A stretch of 38,493 bases of DNA from an uncultured bacterium (GTDB lineage: Bacteria > Fermentibacterota > Fermentibacteria > Fermentibacterales > JCC-6): contig CAZUYF010000002.1 in the NCBI GenBank assembly GCA_964624675.1, forward strand, positions 1 through 38,493, read 5' to 3'. Below, piece by piece: positions 37,319 to 38,493 of this stretch. Each line of letters opens with the position of its first letter. The first letter of the stretch is position 1. The position numbers and the translations under genes are program-made. The notes beneath the pieces were generated by a model. That model was not told where the DNA came from, did no database searches, and worked only from the letters and a program-made list of their open reading frames with translations.

Positions 37319-38493
37319 ATGATAAGAGAATACACTACGACGGTAGAGATATCCGGCCCCCTGATGCTGGTAGACAGGGTCGAGGGAGTCGCATACGAGG
37401 AGCTGGTTGAGATAGAGCTTCCCGATGGCGAGATACGCCACGGCAAGGTTCTCGAAATTGACAGCCGCATGGCCCTGGTCCAGCTCTTTGAGGGCAGCAG
37501 CGGAACAGGCATCGCCGAAAGCAAGGTACGGTTCCTGGGCAAACAGGTTGAGCTCGGAGTTTCCGAGGAGATGCTGGGCAGAGTCTTTGACGGGCAGGGA
37601 AGGCCAAGAGCTCCATTCGATACGGCACCACCTATCGTTCCTGAGAAGATGATGAACATCAACGGAGCTCCCATTAACCCCTACGCAAGAGATTACCCTG
37701 CGGAATTCATTCAGACGGGCTTCAGCTCAATAGACGGTATCAATACGCTTGTCAGAGGGCAGAAACTCCCTGTTTTCAGCGGAAGCGGACTACCCCACTC
37801 AGCAGTTGCGGCACAGATAGCAAGGCAGGCCAGGGTCGTTGGCGAGGGGGAGAGCTTTGCAGTTGTTTTCGCCGCGATGGGTATAACATTCGAGGAGGCC
37901 GATTACTTCATACGTGATTTCAGGAAGACAGGAGCCATGGACAGGGCAGTGGTGTTCATGAACCTGGCAAGTGATCCTGCCATTGAACGTATTTCAACTC
38001 CAAGAATGGCTCTGACTGCTGCGGAATACCTCGCATACGAAAAGGACATGCATATTCTTGTTATTCTTACGGATATGACCAACTACTGTGATGCCCTGAG
38101 GGAAATATCTGCTGCAAGGAAAGAAGTTCCTGGAAGAAGAGGATATCCCGGATACCTCTACACAGACCTCTCCTCTATTTACGAACGGGCTGGAAGGATC
38201 AAGGGCAGGAAGGGGTCAATAACACAGATCCCTATTCTGACCATGCCCGAAGACGACAAGACACACCCTATTCCGGACCTGACAGGATACATCACAGAAG
38301 GGCAGCTCATACTCAACAGAGAACTCCATAAGAAGGGGATCTATCCTCCAATGGACGTTATGGAGTCACTCTCAAGGCTGAAAGACAAGGGCATCGGTAA
38401 GGGCAAAACCCGCGAAGACCATGCGGACCTGTTCAACCAGCTTATGGCAGCCTACTCCGCAGGTAAGGACGCCCGGGAACTTGCCGTAATACT
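37319..38493 (+). CDS. ntpB: V-type ATPase subunit B (partial; continues beyond the window end)
   Basis: Manual translation from ATG 37319 (AGGAGG 9 nt upstream) gives [46 protein letters not shown]... with the later '[14 protein letters not shown]' region. The frame stays open to the last base. It is not in the ORF track, presumably because it has no stop. Confidence 0.9.
   Translation, partial: MIREYTTTVEISGPLMLVDRVEGVAYEELVEIELPDGEIRHGKVLEIDSRMALVQLFEGSSGTGIAESKVRFLGKQVELGVSEEMLGRVFDGQGRPRAPFDTAPPIVPEKMMNINGAPINPYARDYPAEFIQTGFSSIDGINTLVRGQKLPVFSGSGLPHSAVAAQIARQARVVGEGESFAVVFAAMGITFEEADYFIRDFRKTGAMDRAVVFMNLASDPAIERISTPRMALTAAEYLAYEKDMHILVILTDMTNYCDALREISAARKEVPGRRGYPGYLYTDLSSIYERAGRIKGRKGSITQIPILTMPEDDKTHPIPDLTGYITEGQLILNRELHKKGIYPPMDVMESLSRLKDKGIGKGKTREDHADLFNQLMAAYSAGKDARELAVI

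Noticed and set aside
1-38493. Search for CRISPR repeats, tRNA/rRNA genes, IS elements, integrases, toxin-antitoxin or defence-system hallmarks
   Set aside because: Reading both strands showed no regularly spaced direct repeats, no cloverleaf-like GC-rich ~75-nt islands in intergenic regions, and no transposase, recombinase or nuclease motifs. The window looks like a core chromosomal region, not a mobile or defence island.

Overview
This window is the chromosomal replication-origin region of a bacterium of about 48-50% GC, probably an anaerobic amino-acid fermenter. No rRNA, tRNA, CRISPR array, transposase or integrase was seen. The core is a conserved origin cluster. On the minus strand it runs rpmH-rnpA-yidD-yidC-mnmE-mnmG-rsmG-parA-parB. 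On the plus strand it runs dnaA-dnaN-DUF721(DciA-like)-gyrB-gyrA. The two arms diverge around 17.3-19.2 kb. DnaA-box clusters lie in the rpmH/dnaA and especially the dnaA/dnaN intergenic regions, and two parS sites lie in mnmG/rsmG. The left flank carries a ptb-buk-iorA-iorB operon (2-oxoacid to acyl-CoA to acyl-phosphate to ATP). It also carries a plus-strand envelope locus: a HAD phosphatase, two multi-pass membrane proteins, and a 937-aa three-domain fusion of GT4 glycosyltransferase, formyltransferase and NodB-type deacetylase. A small 2x[4Fe-4S] ferredoxin follows. The right flank holds a 1128-aa all-helical protein with no motif I recognise, translationally overlapped by an L-asparaginase. 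Next come a small TM/coiled-coil protein plus a bactofilin, then an Enterococcus-hirae-order V-type ATPase operon (G/H-like, I, K, E, C, F, A, B; B is cut by the window end). The K proteolipid keeps the Na+-binding residues. The most unusual items are the three-domain fusion, the 1128-aa orphan with its start-less upstream open frame, the bactofilin partner that lacks an M23 domain, ectopic DnaA boxes ahead of the V-ATPase operon, and an rpmH gene hidden out of frame inside the predicted 'rnpA' ORF. All functional calls rest on motif recognition by eye. No database search was possible.
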